This document shows positions 13,581-27,069 of a stretch of DNA of 64,000 nt, piece after piece. The stretch's first letter is position 1, and each line of letters starts with the position of its first letter. The notes below the pieces were generated by a model. That model was not told where the DNA came from, did not search any database, and worked only from the letters and a program-made list of their open reading frames with translations. Source of the stretch: Squalus acanthias (lineage: Eukaryota); NCBI GenBank assembly GCA_030390025.1, contig JASTWF010000034.1, positions 1,922,001-1,986,000 on the forward strand, written 5' to 3'. Both the position numbers and the translations under genes were made by a program.

Positions 13581-15752
13581 TTAGATTTGTTGGCTTAGCT
13601 GCTGGTCACTTGTTGAGACCTGCCTCGCTAAATCGCAGGAACATGAATCACTCAATTTCAGAGTCGTGAATTTTAAACCCCCTGTTGGTCTGTTTGAGCT
13701 TTGAGTGTTTCGGCTGATTTCACAGACGATCCCCAGATCCAAATTCCTGAGCAAAGAATTCAAGGTGTGTTTAATATAAATGAGATTCAACAACAGTATC
13801 AGGAAATCTCTCCCTGAGTCGGGACTATCGCTCGAAACTCGCTGCTAACGATTGAACTTTCTTTCAATTCACCCGCAGCTCGGAATTAGTGCGGCTCACT
13901 GGGACTTCTGGCTGTCTCTCCCATCACAACCTATCGGTGCCGAGAAAACAACTGAGAATTTGTACCGTGTACAGTTTTGTTCTCCTTACCTAAGGTAGGA
14001 TATACTTTCTTTAGAGAGGATGCAACGAAGTTTCACTAGAGTGATTCCTGGGACGAGAGGGCTGTCCCATGAGCAGGGATTGAGTAAAATGGGGTTATAT
14101 TCTCAGGTGTTTTGGAGAATGAGATGCAAACTCATTGAAACGTATGAAATTGTAGATTGCTTGAACATTCTAATTCAGAGGCAAGTGAGCTCCCAGCTGA
14201 GGCACGGCATACAGTTGGTGCTTCAGACTACCTTTAAGTCAGTGGTGCAACTCGAAACTCAGAATGGCCAATTATTCTGCGTTGGGAGACGGAGAGGTTC
14301 ATTACATGTTTATGTCCTCCTTGATGTTTTCCTTATCCCTCTTGATGCTCTCCTCCCCGTCTGCCGATTTGCTTGACTGTCTCGTGGGGTGTGGTCTCTT
14401 TGTCACCTCAGAATGGCTGCTCTGATACCATTCCTGCTGACAAAAACAAGCTTTCCAGTCACTTTCAATTATCTCTCCCCCACGGTCACACAGACTGATG
14501 CGACCAGACAGCGCCTGCTGTTGACAGCGGTTCCCCACAGTCTCTCGAGGCCTCGTTACCTCTAGCTTTCCAGACAGCCTGAATCACACTTTGGGAACTT
14601 GGTCAGGCTTCCCAGCATGCCTTCTTGAACAGTCAGTTTAACATTTCTTTGTTGGAATTAATACTTTTAGCCAAACTTAGCTCCTTTAGCAGTTCAGTAA
14701 TCCAGGTAATTCTTTGGTATCCTTAAAAGCGGTATTGAAATGTCCAAAATCCTTCTAGTGGACGCGGATTGAAGAATATAAAAAATTACAAGCATTGAGT
14801 CCAACACTGACCAGATCCACTGCGAACAAGTTTCAAACCTGCGCGGGTGAAACACAAACATCGCTCAACAGTTTCATAATCAAATCACCGAACCTGCACT
14901 GCTTGTTAAATCTCTGCAATGAATATTGGGCTCCGTTCCTGATGTTCAATTTGCTGAAAATTCATCTAATCGAAAAGAATTGCAGGAATCATTAAGATAA
15001 TCTAAACCCCTCCGATATTTAACGGTTGTATAACATGTTTAGAAAAGTTGTAAACCCACGTTGCATTTTATTCATAGTCTTTGCGATGTGATTTCCATTA
15101 CTGCGATTGGTGGTACCTCATTAAGCCACAGGTACACAGTGGAGAAACTATTTCCCTGTTCTGTATTACCTGACACTGAGCTGGCACTGTTCCAGCAGAA
15201 AGGGCACTCCCTGCAGTTCACTTAGTCATGGGTTTAAATCTTTGTCCATTTTTCGCATTAATGAAGACTGAGGATTAGACAAGTTCATAGTCCCCCAGAC
15301 ATTGCTAATAAAAAGCAGTATTTTGAGAAGAGGAACTTTTTGCCCACTGCTGGGAATCGAATCTTCATGACTGAGACTGACTCCCGCAGGTAAACAGGTC
15401 AGTTGTCCTGTCTTCGTGTGGTCAACATCTCTTAGAGTTGTCCAATCAGGGAGTTTGATGATTGAAGTGATGTTGATTGGATTATTGAATTGCTCTGCGT
15501 GTTCATCTTCAATATCTCTATTTAAATATATTCTGCTCTATTATAACCATGAGTGGAAATAAATTCTCACGCTGCTGTGCCCACCTGACCGGCACTAATG
15601 GGATAATGTAACCCGATATCTCAGTTCAGGTTTCCTTTGTGTGCAAATCAGGCTTCCAGTCAAGCGAGCAACACCTGTTCCAACAACAACAGAACTCACG
15701 GTTTCTCACAGTAAATGCAAGCAGATTTGTTCGTTATTAGGATTCACGATGA

Positions 15753-16062
15753 GGACAACACGGTGGCATAGTGGTTAGCACTGTTGCCTCACAGCGGCAG
15801 GGACCAAGGTTCGAATCCGGCCTCGGGTGACTGTCTGTGTGGAGTTTGCACATTCTCCCTGTGTCTGCGTGGGTTTCCTCCGGGTGCTCCGGTGTCCTCC
15901 CACAGTCCAAAGATGTGCGGGTTAGATTGATTTGGCTATGATAAATTGACCCTTAGTGTTAGTGGGGATTAAATACGTGGGGTTACGGGGATAGGGTGGG
16001 ATATGTGTCGGTGCAGGCTCGATGGGCCGAAATGGCCTCTATCTGCACTGTGGGGATTCTGT
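15753..16062 (+). mobile_element. tRNA-headed V-SINE (HE1-like)
   Basis: A box TGGCATAGTGG, B box GGTTCGAATCC and V-domain GTGGAGTTTGCACATTCTCC...TCCCACAGTCCAAAGATGTG. Present only in the fourth tandem unit. Confidence 0.9.
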
Positions 16063-16529
16063 GATTCTACCTTACGCCGTCAACCTATGTGGTCAGTGAG
16101 TATTTCTGCACAGTTCCTAACTGTGTAAATATGTATCCCACGGTATGACCGCTTCTCTCCAGCCTTTTGAGGTTTCAGCCCCATTGTTCTGAGCTACTTC
16201 TTACAGAGGCGGCTGTTTACTGAGCTCAGTGCTGAAACAGTTGTGCTTTTACCTTTTACTATTTATTCCACGTGATCGCTTTATTCAGACAAGAATATTC
16301 TTCGAAACTCCAACGTCAGTAATGTAACTGGGTTAATGATTGCATCCCACATTTAATGATTTCTGAATCAGCCCGAGCGCTGGCATCATTTTTGGGTGAT
16401 GGCTAACTTTAAGAACATAAGAACATAAGAAATAGGAGCAGGAGCAGGCCATTCGGCCCCTCGAGCCTGCTCCGCCATTTAATCCGATCATGGCTAATCC
16501 AATTTTCGCCTCAACTCCACATTCCTGAC

Positions 16530-17496
16530 GATCACAGACTGGGGGTTTGACTGTTCCCGGGGGTGTGTCTGATCACAGAGCCGGGGGTATGACTGGGCCC
16601 GGGGGGTGTCCGATCACAGACCCGGGGGTTTGACTGGTCCCGGGGGTGTATCTGATCACAGAGCCGGGGGTTTGACTGGTCCTGGAGGGTGTGTCCGATC
16701 ACAGACCCGGGGGTTTGACTGGTCCCGGGGGTGTGTCTGATCACAGAGCCGGGGGCTTGACTGGTCCCGGGGGTGTATCTGATCACAGACCCGGGTGTTT
16801 TACTGGTCCCGGGGGGAGTGTTTGAAAACAGAGCCGGGGGTTTGACTGGTCCCATGGGTGTGTCCGATCACAGAACCGGGGGTTTGACTGGTCCCGGGGG
16901 GTGTGTCCGATCACAGACCCGGGGGGTTGACTGGTCCCGGGTGTGTGTCCGATCACAGACCCGGGGGTTTGACCGGTCCTGGGGGTGTGTTTGATCACAG
17001 AGCCGGGGGTTTGACTGGTCCCGGGTGTGTGTCTGATCACAGACCCGTGGTTTGACTGGTCCCCGGGGGGGTGTTTGATCACAGAGCCGAGGTTTGACTG
17101 GTCCCGGGGCTGTGTTTGATCACAGAGCCGGGGGTTTGACTGGTCCCGGGTGTGTGTTTGATCACAGAGCCGGGGGTTTGACTGGTCCTGGGGGTGTGTC
17201 CGATCACAGACCCAGTGGTTTGACTGGTCCCGGGGGAGTGTCCGATCACAGAGCCGGGGGTTTAACTGGTCCCGGGGGTGTGTCCGATCACAGACACAGT
17301 GGTTTGACTGGTCCCGGGGGAGTGTCCGATCACAGAGCCGGGGGTTTAACTGGTCCCGGGGGGGTGTCCGATCACAGACCCGGGGGTTTGACTGGTCCCG
17401 GGGGGTGTGTCTGATCACAGAGCCGGGGGTTTGACTGGTCCCGGGGGTGTGTCTGATCACAGAGCCGGGGTTTGACTGGTCCCGGGGGTGTGTCCA
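16530..17496. repeat. ~42-bp GC-rich minisatellite running into the gap
   Basis: Unit GATCACAGAGCCGGGGGTTTGACTGGTCCCGGGGGTGTGTCT. Confidence 0.95.
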
Positions 17497-17996
17497 NNNN
17501 NNNNNNNNNNNNNNNNNNNNNNNNNNNNNNNNNNNNNNNNNNNNNNNNNNNNNNNNNNNNNNNNNNNNNNNNNNNNNNNNNNNNNNNNNNNNNNNNNNNN
17601 NNNNNNNNNNNNNNNNNNNNNNNNNNNNNNNNNNNNNNNNNNNNNNNNNNNNNNNNNNNNNNNNNNNNNNNNNNNNNNNNNNNNNNNNNNNNNNNNNNNN
17701 NNNNNNNNNNNNNNNNNNNNNNNNNNNNNNNNNNNNNNNNNNNNNNNNNNNNNNNNNNNNNNNNNNNNNNNNNNNNNNNNNNNNNNNNNNNNNNNNNNNN
17801 NNNNNNNNNNNNNNNNNNNNNNNNNNNNNNNNNNNNNNNNNNNNNNNNNNNNNNNNNNNNNNNNNNNNNNNNNNNNNNNNNNNNNNNNNNNNNNNNNNNN
17901 NNNNNNNNNNNNNNNNNNNNNNNNNNNNNNNNNNNNNNNNNNNNNNNNNNNNNNNNNNNNNNNNNNNNNNNNNNNNNNNNNNNNNNNNNNNNNNNN
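17497..17996. other. Assembly gap (500 N)
   Basis: Run of N. Confidence 1.
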
Positions 17997-18545
17997 ACTG
18001 GGAGGTGACCACTGGTTCTAGACTCCCCAACCAGGGGAAACATCCTCCCTGCATCTATCCTGTCAAGCCCTGTAAAAAATGTGCATGTTTCAATGAGATC
18101 TCCTCTCATTCTTTTGAACTCTAGAGTATATAGGCATAGTCTACACAATCTCTCCTCATAGGACAATCCCCCCATCCCAGGAACCAGTCTGGTGAACCTT
18201 TGTTGCCCTCCCACTTTGACAAGTATGTCCCTCCTTAGGTAAGGAGACCAAAACTGTACTCAATACACCAGGCGTGGTCTCACCAGGGCCCGATATAATT
18301 GCAATAAGATGTCTTTACTTTTATACTCAAATCCTCTTGTAATGAAGGCCAACATATCATTTGCTTTCCTAATTGCTTGCTGTACCTGTAGGTTAACGTT
18401 CCGTGATTTTTCTACAAGGACACCCAAATCCCTCTGAACACCAACATTTGCCAATCTCGCACCATTTGAAAGATACTCTGCTGTTCTATTTTTCTTACCA
18501 AAGTGGATAACTTCAGATTTCTCCGCGTTATTTTCCATCCACATA
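17997..18545 (-). mobile_element. CR1 LINE fragment
   Basis: EVIHFGKKN, RDLGVLV and GLDRIDAGRMFPL motifs. Confidence 0.9.
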
Positions 18546-20825
18546 TTACGTCCACGTAAGTTAATAGAATATTAATCACAATGCAACCAGACAATCAACA
18601 AATGTAAAGTGGTGTAGTTCTTTAATTCGCAGTATTAAAAAGAACTGAACAAAATGTGTATCCGTATTTTGAACTTCAATCATTTCCATTAATAAACGTG
18701 GTCTTCTTGAACCAGCACACCATCCATTTAACATGTCAGAAATGCAGCACGTATTCACAAGTGTAGAAAAACACATACACAAATTGCGTCACTGAATTAG
18801 AAACAAAACGCAGGAAAAGCTGTGATTTAACAGAATGTGTCTTTCTTCCTGGACAGGAGAACCAGCCAGACTAACTTGGAAATGTTTACTCATATGTTGA
18901 CGTAAAGATTTATAATTTACCAATTTTGCTTCAAATGTTTTTCTCTCAAACATTCTCCACAATATTAATCCCTGCTCCTATCACGAAAATTGTTGAATTA
19001 TTTTAGGTACTTCGCAATTAAAAGCAGGAAACAAACTTCATTGTACTGTCAATGTTTAATCTTCTATTTCAAACATTCAAACCAAATCGAATTGTAATTT
19101 ATCAGTTTAATCAAAGTATGTTCTGTGTCTTTCTCAATAAACAGAGAGTGGTTTCTTCTGAAGTAGTTTCCTGCAATTTTTATACGTCATTACATAACTC
19201 TTGTTTCTATTAACACGGCACTAAATATTGAACAGCAAATCCATATTTACATTATTCCTGCGATTTGTTCGGACTATAGAACGACAGATAAAATAATATG
19301 GTTTGTGTTTTTCCCCTTTTTTGGTTCTCTTCCTAAATGCCTAAATGGTATATTTTTAAAAAGTCATTAAAAAGTAATATTTAACTCCTACAAATCATCC
19401 CCTTGCCTCCCCCTCCTCAACACCATGGTTGCATGTGTGTGTAAAGCTAATCACTTCATCGATCACTCAAAATCAGATCTTGAGAAATTTCAAATTTAAA
19501 ACATTTTAAGCATTTCAGAACCTCTTTAAAAGCGTCTGGAATTCAAGACGTGGCTGAAACTTGTTTAGATGAGGGGGAAATTGACTTTTGCTTCAGTCTC
19601 TTCCGAAATCATATTCGAAACCTAGGGGGGAAAAGTGTTTTTAACACTCATTTTGTGTGACAAGTTCATTAAAAATCTTTAAATTCTTTCAAGTCTCGTT
19701 GCAGCTTTGACAAAAGAAGTTGCTCCAAGTTTCTCTTTCCCCCTTCAATACTGTCGTTAAACATACGACAAAATATAATAAAACAAATCTAGTTCCAAAC
19801 GGAGCTCAAATCAGAAAGTGAATATAGTGGTTAAACTTCCTAAGAAGGCGGTGAGGTTATCTCTCCCCAGCCTTGGCGATGAGTTGCGATCAGTTTCTGG
19901 AGATGTTGTTTCCTGTTTTTCTGCTGCCTTTCCCTCCGTCTCTCAGACTCTGAGGTACAAACGGGGGCACAAACTTTTTCACCCCGCTCGCAACATGATT
20001 TAAATAACCCTGATAAACTATTTCAAAAATGGGACGAGTCCTGGCTAAATTGAACTGGAACGTACCACGAAACATTCATTATCACTTTCCCATATCTTTT
20101 TCCGGCTTTAAACAATTTTCTGAATTAACAAAAAATCAAATTCTCATATCTTTGTTTCACCGTGGGGCTAAAAAATGTTTGCTTTGGCCTCCTTCCAGCG
20201 GACCTTGTACCATTGTATACGCGCTGCACCTCCACCTGTGTTGTTCCAAAGTGCGGCCGCCGCTCAGTCACCCGGAACGGACTACACGCGTCTCCATGGA
20301 AAAGGGACTGAATGAATCTCGAGACAACGCTCGCCGGGTGCCAGGGCTCTGTATCTCAGCAAATGTTGATGCAATTGGGATTGGCTCTGTGAGTTCACAA
20401 ACGGCTCTGTGAGGATACCCGGTCATTGGGTATTGGGACACTCCGCCCGCTCCAGCTCACTGTGCCACCTGTGACTTTCAGTGCGTGGGACCTTACAGAT
20501 CGCCGCCCACTCACACAGCTTACAGGGAACATTGCTCAGCAGGTCAGGCAGCATCTGTGGAGAAAGAAACAGAGTTAATGTTTCAGTTCGATGCCCTTTC
20601 ATCAGAAATGGAAAATGTTACAGATGTAACAGATTTTAAGCAAGTACAGAGGCAGGGAAAGGGGGGATAGGAGGAAAGAACAAAAGGGAAGGTCTGTGCT
20701 GTACCTGCCCTGGGTGTGTTTGGTGGGATTGGGTAGTGGGATCATAACTCGTGCTGTACTTGCCTTGGGAGAATCTAAAGGTACAGTGTAGAGGCAGATT
20801 TACCCATAACTAACAGGTGCTGCAA
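17997..20825 (+). repeat. Left arm of a diverged inverted duplication
   Basis: For example 18541-18640 is the reverse complement of ~40200-40300, and 20428-20470 of ~37930-37972. Confidence 0.9.
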
Positions 20826-21114
20826 AATGAGAGATTACAAAATGCTGAAGTACAGAGGGATCTGAGGGTCCTTGTACATGAATCACAAAAAGTCAGCATG
20901 CAGGTACACTCTCAGCGCAAGTACAGTATGGGTTAGATACAGATTAAAGCTCCCTCTGCACTCTCCTGTCAAACACTCTCAGGGCAGGTACAGCACCGTT
21001 TAGATACAGCGTAAAGCTCCAGTGACACTGTTTAATTTCCCTCACACAGGGATACTGGTTACAGAGTTCGACTCCACACCAGCAGAGACACACGCTGTTC
21101 ACAGGGACACAAGC

Positions 21115-22040
21115 TTGCTGACGACACCAAACTAGGTGGGATTGTGAGTTGTGAGGAGGATGCAAAGAGGCTTCAAAGCGATTTAGACAAGTTGGGTGTG
21201 TGGGAAAATACATGGCTGATGCAGTATAACGTGCATCAATGTGAAGTTATCCACTTCGGTAGGAAAAACAGAAAGGCAGAGTATTATTGAAATTGTGATA
21301 GATTGGGAAATGTTGATGTACAAAGGGATCTGGGTGTCCTTGTACACCAGTCACTGAAAGCAAACATGCAGGTGCAGCAAGCAGTTAGGAAGGCAAATGG
21401 TATGTTCGCCTTCATTACAAGAGGATTTGAGAACAGGAGCAAGGATGTCTTACTACAGAGATACAGGGCCTTGGTGAGACCACACCTGGAGTACTGTGTG
21501 CAGTTTTGGTCTCCTTACCTAGGAAAGGATATACTTGCCATAGAGGGACTGCAGCGAAGGTTCACCAGGCTGTTTCCTGGGATGGCAGGGCTGTCGTATG
21601 AGGAGAAATTGGGTCGACTAAGCTTGTATTCACTAGAGTTTAGAAGAATGAGAGGAGATCTCATTAAAACGTATAAATGTCTGACAGGGCTAGACAGAAT
21701 GGATGCAGGGAGGATGTTTACCCTGGCTGGGGGGTCTAGAACGAGGGGTCACAGACGCAGGAGACGGTGTAGAACATTTAGGACTGAAATGAGGAGCAAT
21801 TTCTTCACTCAGAGGGTGGTGAACCTGTGAAATTCTCTACCACAAAAGGCTGTGGAGGCCCAATCACTGAATATATTTAAGGAGGAGATAGATAGATTTG
21901 TGGAGACAAAAGACTTCAAGGGGTTTGGGGAGAGAACGGGAATATGTTATTGAGATAGCGGATCAGCCATGATCATATTGAATGGCGGAGAAGGCTCGAA
22001 GGGCCGATTGGCCTACTCCTGCTCCTATTTTTCTATGTCT
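21115..22040 (+). mobile_element. CR1 LINE 3' fragment
   Basis: ORF 21303-21830 has RPHLEYCVQFWSP and NFFTQRVVNL; CCTACTCCTGCTCCT tail. Confidence 0.92.
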
Positions 22041-22044
22041 CTAC

Positions 22045-23010
22045 TTATTACAGAGTCCGACTCCAAACTGGGAGAGACACACACTGAACGCAGGCATACA
22101 TGTTACAGAGTCCGACTCCACACTGCGAGAGACACACATTGATCATAGGGACACTTGCTATAGAGTCCGACTCCACACCAGCAGAGACACAGACTGTACA
22201 CAGGGACACTTGTTACAGAGTCCGACTCCACATCAGCAGAGACACAGACTGTACACAAGGACACTTGTTAAAGAGTCCGACTCCACATCAGCAGAGACAC
22301 AGACTGTACACAAGGACACTTGTTACAGACTCCGACTCCACACCAGCAGAGACACACACTGTATACAATCACACTTGTTACAGATTCCGACTCCACACCA
22401 GCAGAGACAAACACTGAACACAGGCATACTTGTTACAGAGTCAGACTCCTCACTGGGCGAGACACACACTGATCACAGGACACTTGTTACAGAGTCCGAC
22501 TCCACACCAGCATAGACACAGACTGTACACAGGGACACTTGTTACAGAGTCCGACTCCACATCAGCAGAGACACACACTGTACACAGGGAAACTTGTTAC
22601 AGAGTTCGACTCCACGCTGGGAGAGACACACATTGAACACAGGCACACTTGTTACAGAGTCCGACTCCACAACAGCAGAGATGCAGACTGTACACAGGGA
22701 CAATTGTTACAGAGTCCGACTCCACGCTGGGAGAGACACACACTAATCACAGGGACACTTGTTACAGAGTCCGACTCCACACCAGCAGAGACACAGATTG
22801 TACACAGGGACACTTGTAACAGAGTTCGACTCCACGCTGGGAGAGACACACATTGAACGCAGGCACACTTGTTACAGAGTCCGACTCCACAATTGGAGAC
22901 ACACACACTGAGCACAGGCACACTTGTTACAGAGTCCGACTCCACCCTGGGAGAGACACACTGTACACAGGATCACTTGTTACAGAGTCCTACTCCACAG
23001 CAGCAGAAAC
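22045..23010. repeat. ~55-bp minisatellite
   Basis: Unit TTGTTACAGAGTCCGACTCCACACCAGCAGAGACACAGACTGTACACAGGGACAC. Confidence 0.92.
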
Positions 23011-23159
23011 ACTTTTACTTGTATCTCACAATGCTGTACCGACCCAGTGAGTGTTTGATGTGACAGTGTAGAGAGAGCTTTAATCTGTATCTAACTCGTG
23101 CCATTCCTGCCAGCGAGTGTTTGATGTGAAATTGCACAATGACCTGCTGAAACCCTCAT

Positions 23160-23372
23160 CCATGCCTTTGTTTCTCCTAACTCGCACCAAGTCCCTTTCA
23201 CCGATCACCCCTGGGCTCGCTGACCTACATTGGCTCCAGGCCTGGCAACGCTTCAATTTTAATATTCGCCTTGCCCCTCCCTATCGCTGTAACCTCCTCT
23301 GTCCCGACAGCCCTTTGAGATCTCTGCGCTCCTCCAATTCTGGCCTCTTGCGCATCCCCGAATTTAATCGCT
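23160..23372 (+). mobile_element. L2-like LINE C-terminal fragment
   Basis: LTRTKSLSPITPGLADLHWL...LAPPY...RSLRSSNSGLLRIP is typical of the L2 ORF2 end. Confidence 0.7.
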
Positions 23373-23469
23373 CTGTATTTTTACCTTTAGTTCTCCATCT
23401 TTCTCTTTACCTAACCATCCATCTCTCCTTTAATTTATTTCTGCACCTTAATCTCTCCACAACTCTTTC

Positions 23470-25570
23470 TACTTCTTTTCTTGATTGCTGTCTTTGTATT
23501 TCTTACTATCTGCTTTCTGGTCCTCAGTTTCTCTCACTGGTTCGCTGGGAATTTGGGACTGATGAAATAAGAGAATGAAAGATGTTTTACTTAGATTTGG
23601 AGAGACAGGCTGTGAGGGTCCCTGGGTTACATTCTGAGACCAGTGGGGCACACGCGCAGATTGTACAAAGACTCGCGTCCTGTATCTCTAATGTTTTTCA
23701 TTATAGCTCTGTATATCTACAGTTTTCTTTATATCTCTGTACATCTCTCTCTCTCTATGTGTCTCTCTGTATATCGATATCGCTTTATATTTCTGTATCT
23801 CTCTGTACCTTTCCTTTATTACTTGATAATTTTGTATTTCTTGAAATCTCTACACCTCTCTCTTTGAAACTCTCAGAATGTCTGTTCTTAATTTCTGTCA
23901 GGATCTCTCTCAGGCCTATTATTTGAGAGAGTCATTTTAAAGTTAAACTGAACCTGCTCCAAAGACACAAGAGATGCAGAACTAGAATGTGTGCCAACAC
24001 CTGCTGCTCATCTGGTCTGGGAACCTTGGGTTTTGTATATTCCACCATCTCCTGCGCTTGAAGTCTCTGGCGTAGGCCAGACATGGTTTAAACATTTCAT
24101 TGTCTTGGGGCGACTAATATGAACACCTTAACTTGTTTCTGATCTACACAGGATGCAGCAGATCAGGAAAAGCATGTCCCTGGCCATGGTGCTGCCCTGG
24201 GCAAAAACTGCGCCTCCAATCCACAATGCCTTTTCCTGCCTCTGCAAAGATATCATAGTGTTCCACAATGCAGGAATGTCAGAAACAGCCTTTGATCCCA
24301 TATCCTAGATCAACTTTAAACACTCAAATCTTTCTAGTAATGACACTAGATTTACCAGGCAGATTTTGAGCCACAAATGCAATCTTTTAAGACATAAAAA
24401 TTGTCACAGAAATGTGACTTATTGTTGTTAATTTACTATTGACAAATATACACAGAATTTGCGTCACTTAATCTCTTAATATATCTTTGTAGTTCTTTAC
24501 TTGATCCCTGTCTTTGTATTTCTCACAATCTGCTTTCTGGTCCTCAGTTTCTCTCAGTTGTTCTCTGGGAATTTGGGAGTGATGAAATAAGAGAATGAAA
24601 GATGTTTTATTAGATTTGGAGAGGCAGGCGGTGAGGGTCCCTGGGTTACATTCTGAGACCAGTGGGGCAGACACGCAGGTTGTATAAAGACTGGTGTCCT
24701 GTATCTCTGATGCTTTTTATCATAGCTCTGTATTTCTACAGTTTCCTTTATATCTCTGTACATCTCTCTCTATGTGCCTCTCTGTATATCGATCTCGCTT
24801 TATATTTCTGTATCTCTCTGTACCTTTCCTTTATTACTTGATAATTTTGTATTTCTTGAAATCGCTACACCTCTCTCTTTGAAACTCTCAGAATGTCTGT
24901 TCTTAATTTCTGTCAGGATCTCTCTCAGGCCTATTATTTGAGAGAGTCATTTTAAAGTTAAACTGAACCTGCTCCAAAGACACAAGAGATGCAGAACTAG
25001 AATGTGTGCCAACACCTGCTGCCGCATCTGGTCTGGGAACCTTGGGTTTTGTATATTCCACCATCTCCTGCGCTTGAAGTCTCTGGCGTTGGTCAGACAT
25101 TGTTTACCCATTTCATTGTCTTGGGGTGATTAATATGAACACCTGAATCTGTTTCTGATCTACACAGAATGCAGCAGATCAGGAAAAGCATGACGAAGGA
25201 TTTCGACCTGAAACGTTAACTCTGTTTCTCTCTCCATGGATGTTGCCTGGCCTACTGAGTTTTTCCAGCGTTTTCTGTTGTTATTCACGAAAAGCATGTC
25301 CCTGGCCATGGTGCTGCCCTGGGCAAAAACTGCGCCTCCAATCAACAATGCCATTTCCTGCCTCTGCAAAGATATCATACTGTTCCACAATGCAGGAATA
25401 TCAGAAAAAGCGTTTCATCCCATATCCTAGATCAACTTTAAACACTCAAATCGTTCAGGTAATTAAACGAGATTTACCAGCCAGGTTCCGAGCCACAAAT
25501 TCAATCGTTTAAGAGAGAAAAAATTGTCACAGAAATGTGATTATTTGTTGTTAATTTACAATTGACAAAT
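23470..25570. repeat. ~1.0-kb tandem duplication (two copies)
   Basis: 23470-24470 is repeated at ~24490-25570. Confidence 0.9.
25193..25288. mobile_element. 96-bp Penelope-like short repeat insertion (relatives at ~20530-20700, 37690-37870, 41170-41300, 51355-51490)
   Basis: Flanked by a 10-bp TSD GAAAAGCATG (25183-25192, 25289-25298) and absent from the other tandem copy. Core GACCTGAAACGTTAACTCTGTTTCTCTCTCC. Confidence 0.7.
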
Positions 25571-26809
25571 ATACAAAAAATTTGCGTCAGTTAATTATAA
25601 ACACAAAGCAGGAAAAGCTACGACTGAACATAAATAATAATCTGTCTTTCTTCCTGGCCAGCAGAACCAGTCAGACTGACTTGGACATGTTTATTCATAT
25701 GTTGAATTAAAGATTTATAATTTACCTATTTCGCTTCTAATGTTTTTCTCTCAAACATTCTCCAAAATATTAATCCCTGCTCTTATCATGAAAAGTGTTG
25801 AATTATTTTAGGTACTTCCCCACGAAAAGCGGGAAACAAACTTCATTTTACTCTCAATTTTTAATCTCCTATTCCAAACATTCAAAACAAATTGAATTGT
25901 ACGTTATCAGTTTAATCAACGTATTTTCTGTGTCTTTCTCAATTAACAAAGAGTGGTTTCTTCTAAAGTAGGTTCCTGCAATTCTTATACTTCATTACAT
26001 AAATCCTGTTTCTATTAACATCCCCGATTTTAAACGCTCACTATTTTTATCTTTAGATCTCCATCTTAAAATATATCCAAAATCCATCTCCAACATACAC
26101 ACACACACAAGCACCAAAATATACAGACTTTAATCTGTATCTTTATACAGTACACACAGCGGGTACAATTCACTCCCGCCTTGTGCTGTCCGGCACACTC
26201 GGCTGTGCAGTACCAGGCGGGAGTGAGTCATTCTGTTTTCGAAGTTTTTTTATTCCAGATTTATTTTATTTCAAAAGAACAGAATTCAAATTCACAACAG
26301 CCCAGGGAGGGATTAGAACTCCTGCTTTCTGTATGTTTGCCCAGGCATCCAGAATGACATCACCCCGAAACTATTAGCCTGGAGAATGGTTAATCTGTGA
26401 ACCAACATTCCTTCGGCCCTTGTATGGGGTCTCAGGTTTGTGTATTACCCCCATCTCTAGTTCCTTCATGTGTTTGAAGAGATTGAAGTTATTCAGACAC
26501 GATCAGATTCTCACCTTATTCAAACAAACAAAATCCGCATCTCCTTTCAACAATCGCATTTCCTGCTTCTGCAAAGAGCTCACACCGTTCCACGATGCAG
26601 GAATGTCTGAAACAGTCTCTGTATCAATATCCCAGTCAATTTTAAACACTCAAATATTTCAGATCGTGAAACTAGATTTCGCCAACAGATTCCGAGCACT
26701 ATGCTTAAGATATAAAAATATCAGTGAAATGTCATTTATTGTTGTTATTTTAAACAGTCAGACTGAAATATTTCAGGGTACATTTCAATCAAGACACAAA
26801 TCAGAGCGG

Positions 26810-27062
26810 GAACAGAGAGAGAGGGAGAGAGAAAAAAAGAGAGGTGCACAGGGAGAAGGAGAAAATTAGGGATAGAGGTAGCGTGTTGGCAGAATAGACG
26901 AAGAGAGAGCGAGAGATGAGGAGATGGACGGCAGCAGAGAGGGGAAGGAGCGAAAGAGAGAGAGAGAGAGGAATAGACATTGAGAGAGAGAAAGACAGAG
27001 GGAGCGAAATGGAGAGAGAGAGAGAGGGAGCGACATGGAGAGAGAGAGGGAGTGAGGGAGTG
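26810..27062. repeat. Degenerate (AG)n-rich microsatellite
   Basis: GAGAGA runs. Confidence 0.85.
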
Positions 27063-27069
27063 AGACACA

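Larger units (their letters stand above)
2394..16530. repeat. Four-unit tandem segmental duplication (~3.6-4.7 kb units)
   Basis: Marker CCACAGGTACACAGTGGAGAAAC at ~2948, 7614, 11508 and 15126. tRNA-like heads at 2394, 6251, 9816 and 13616. The near-identical MC(A/V)NQASSQ ORF recurs at 3459, 8111 and 12020. Confidence 0.92.

Noticed and set aside
16532..18214. Long ORFs (423, 280, 225 aa)
   Set aside because: Minisatellite translation plus read-through of the N gap.
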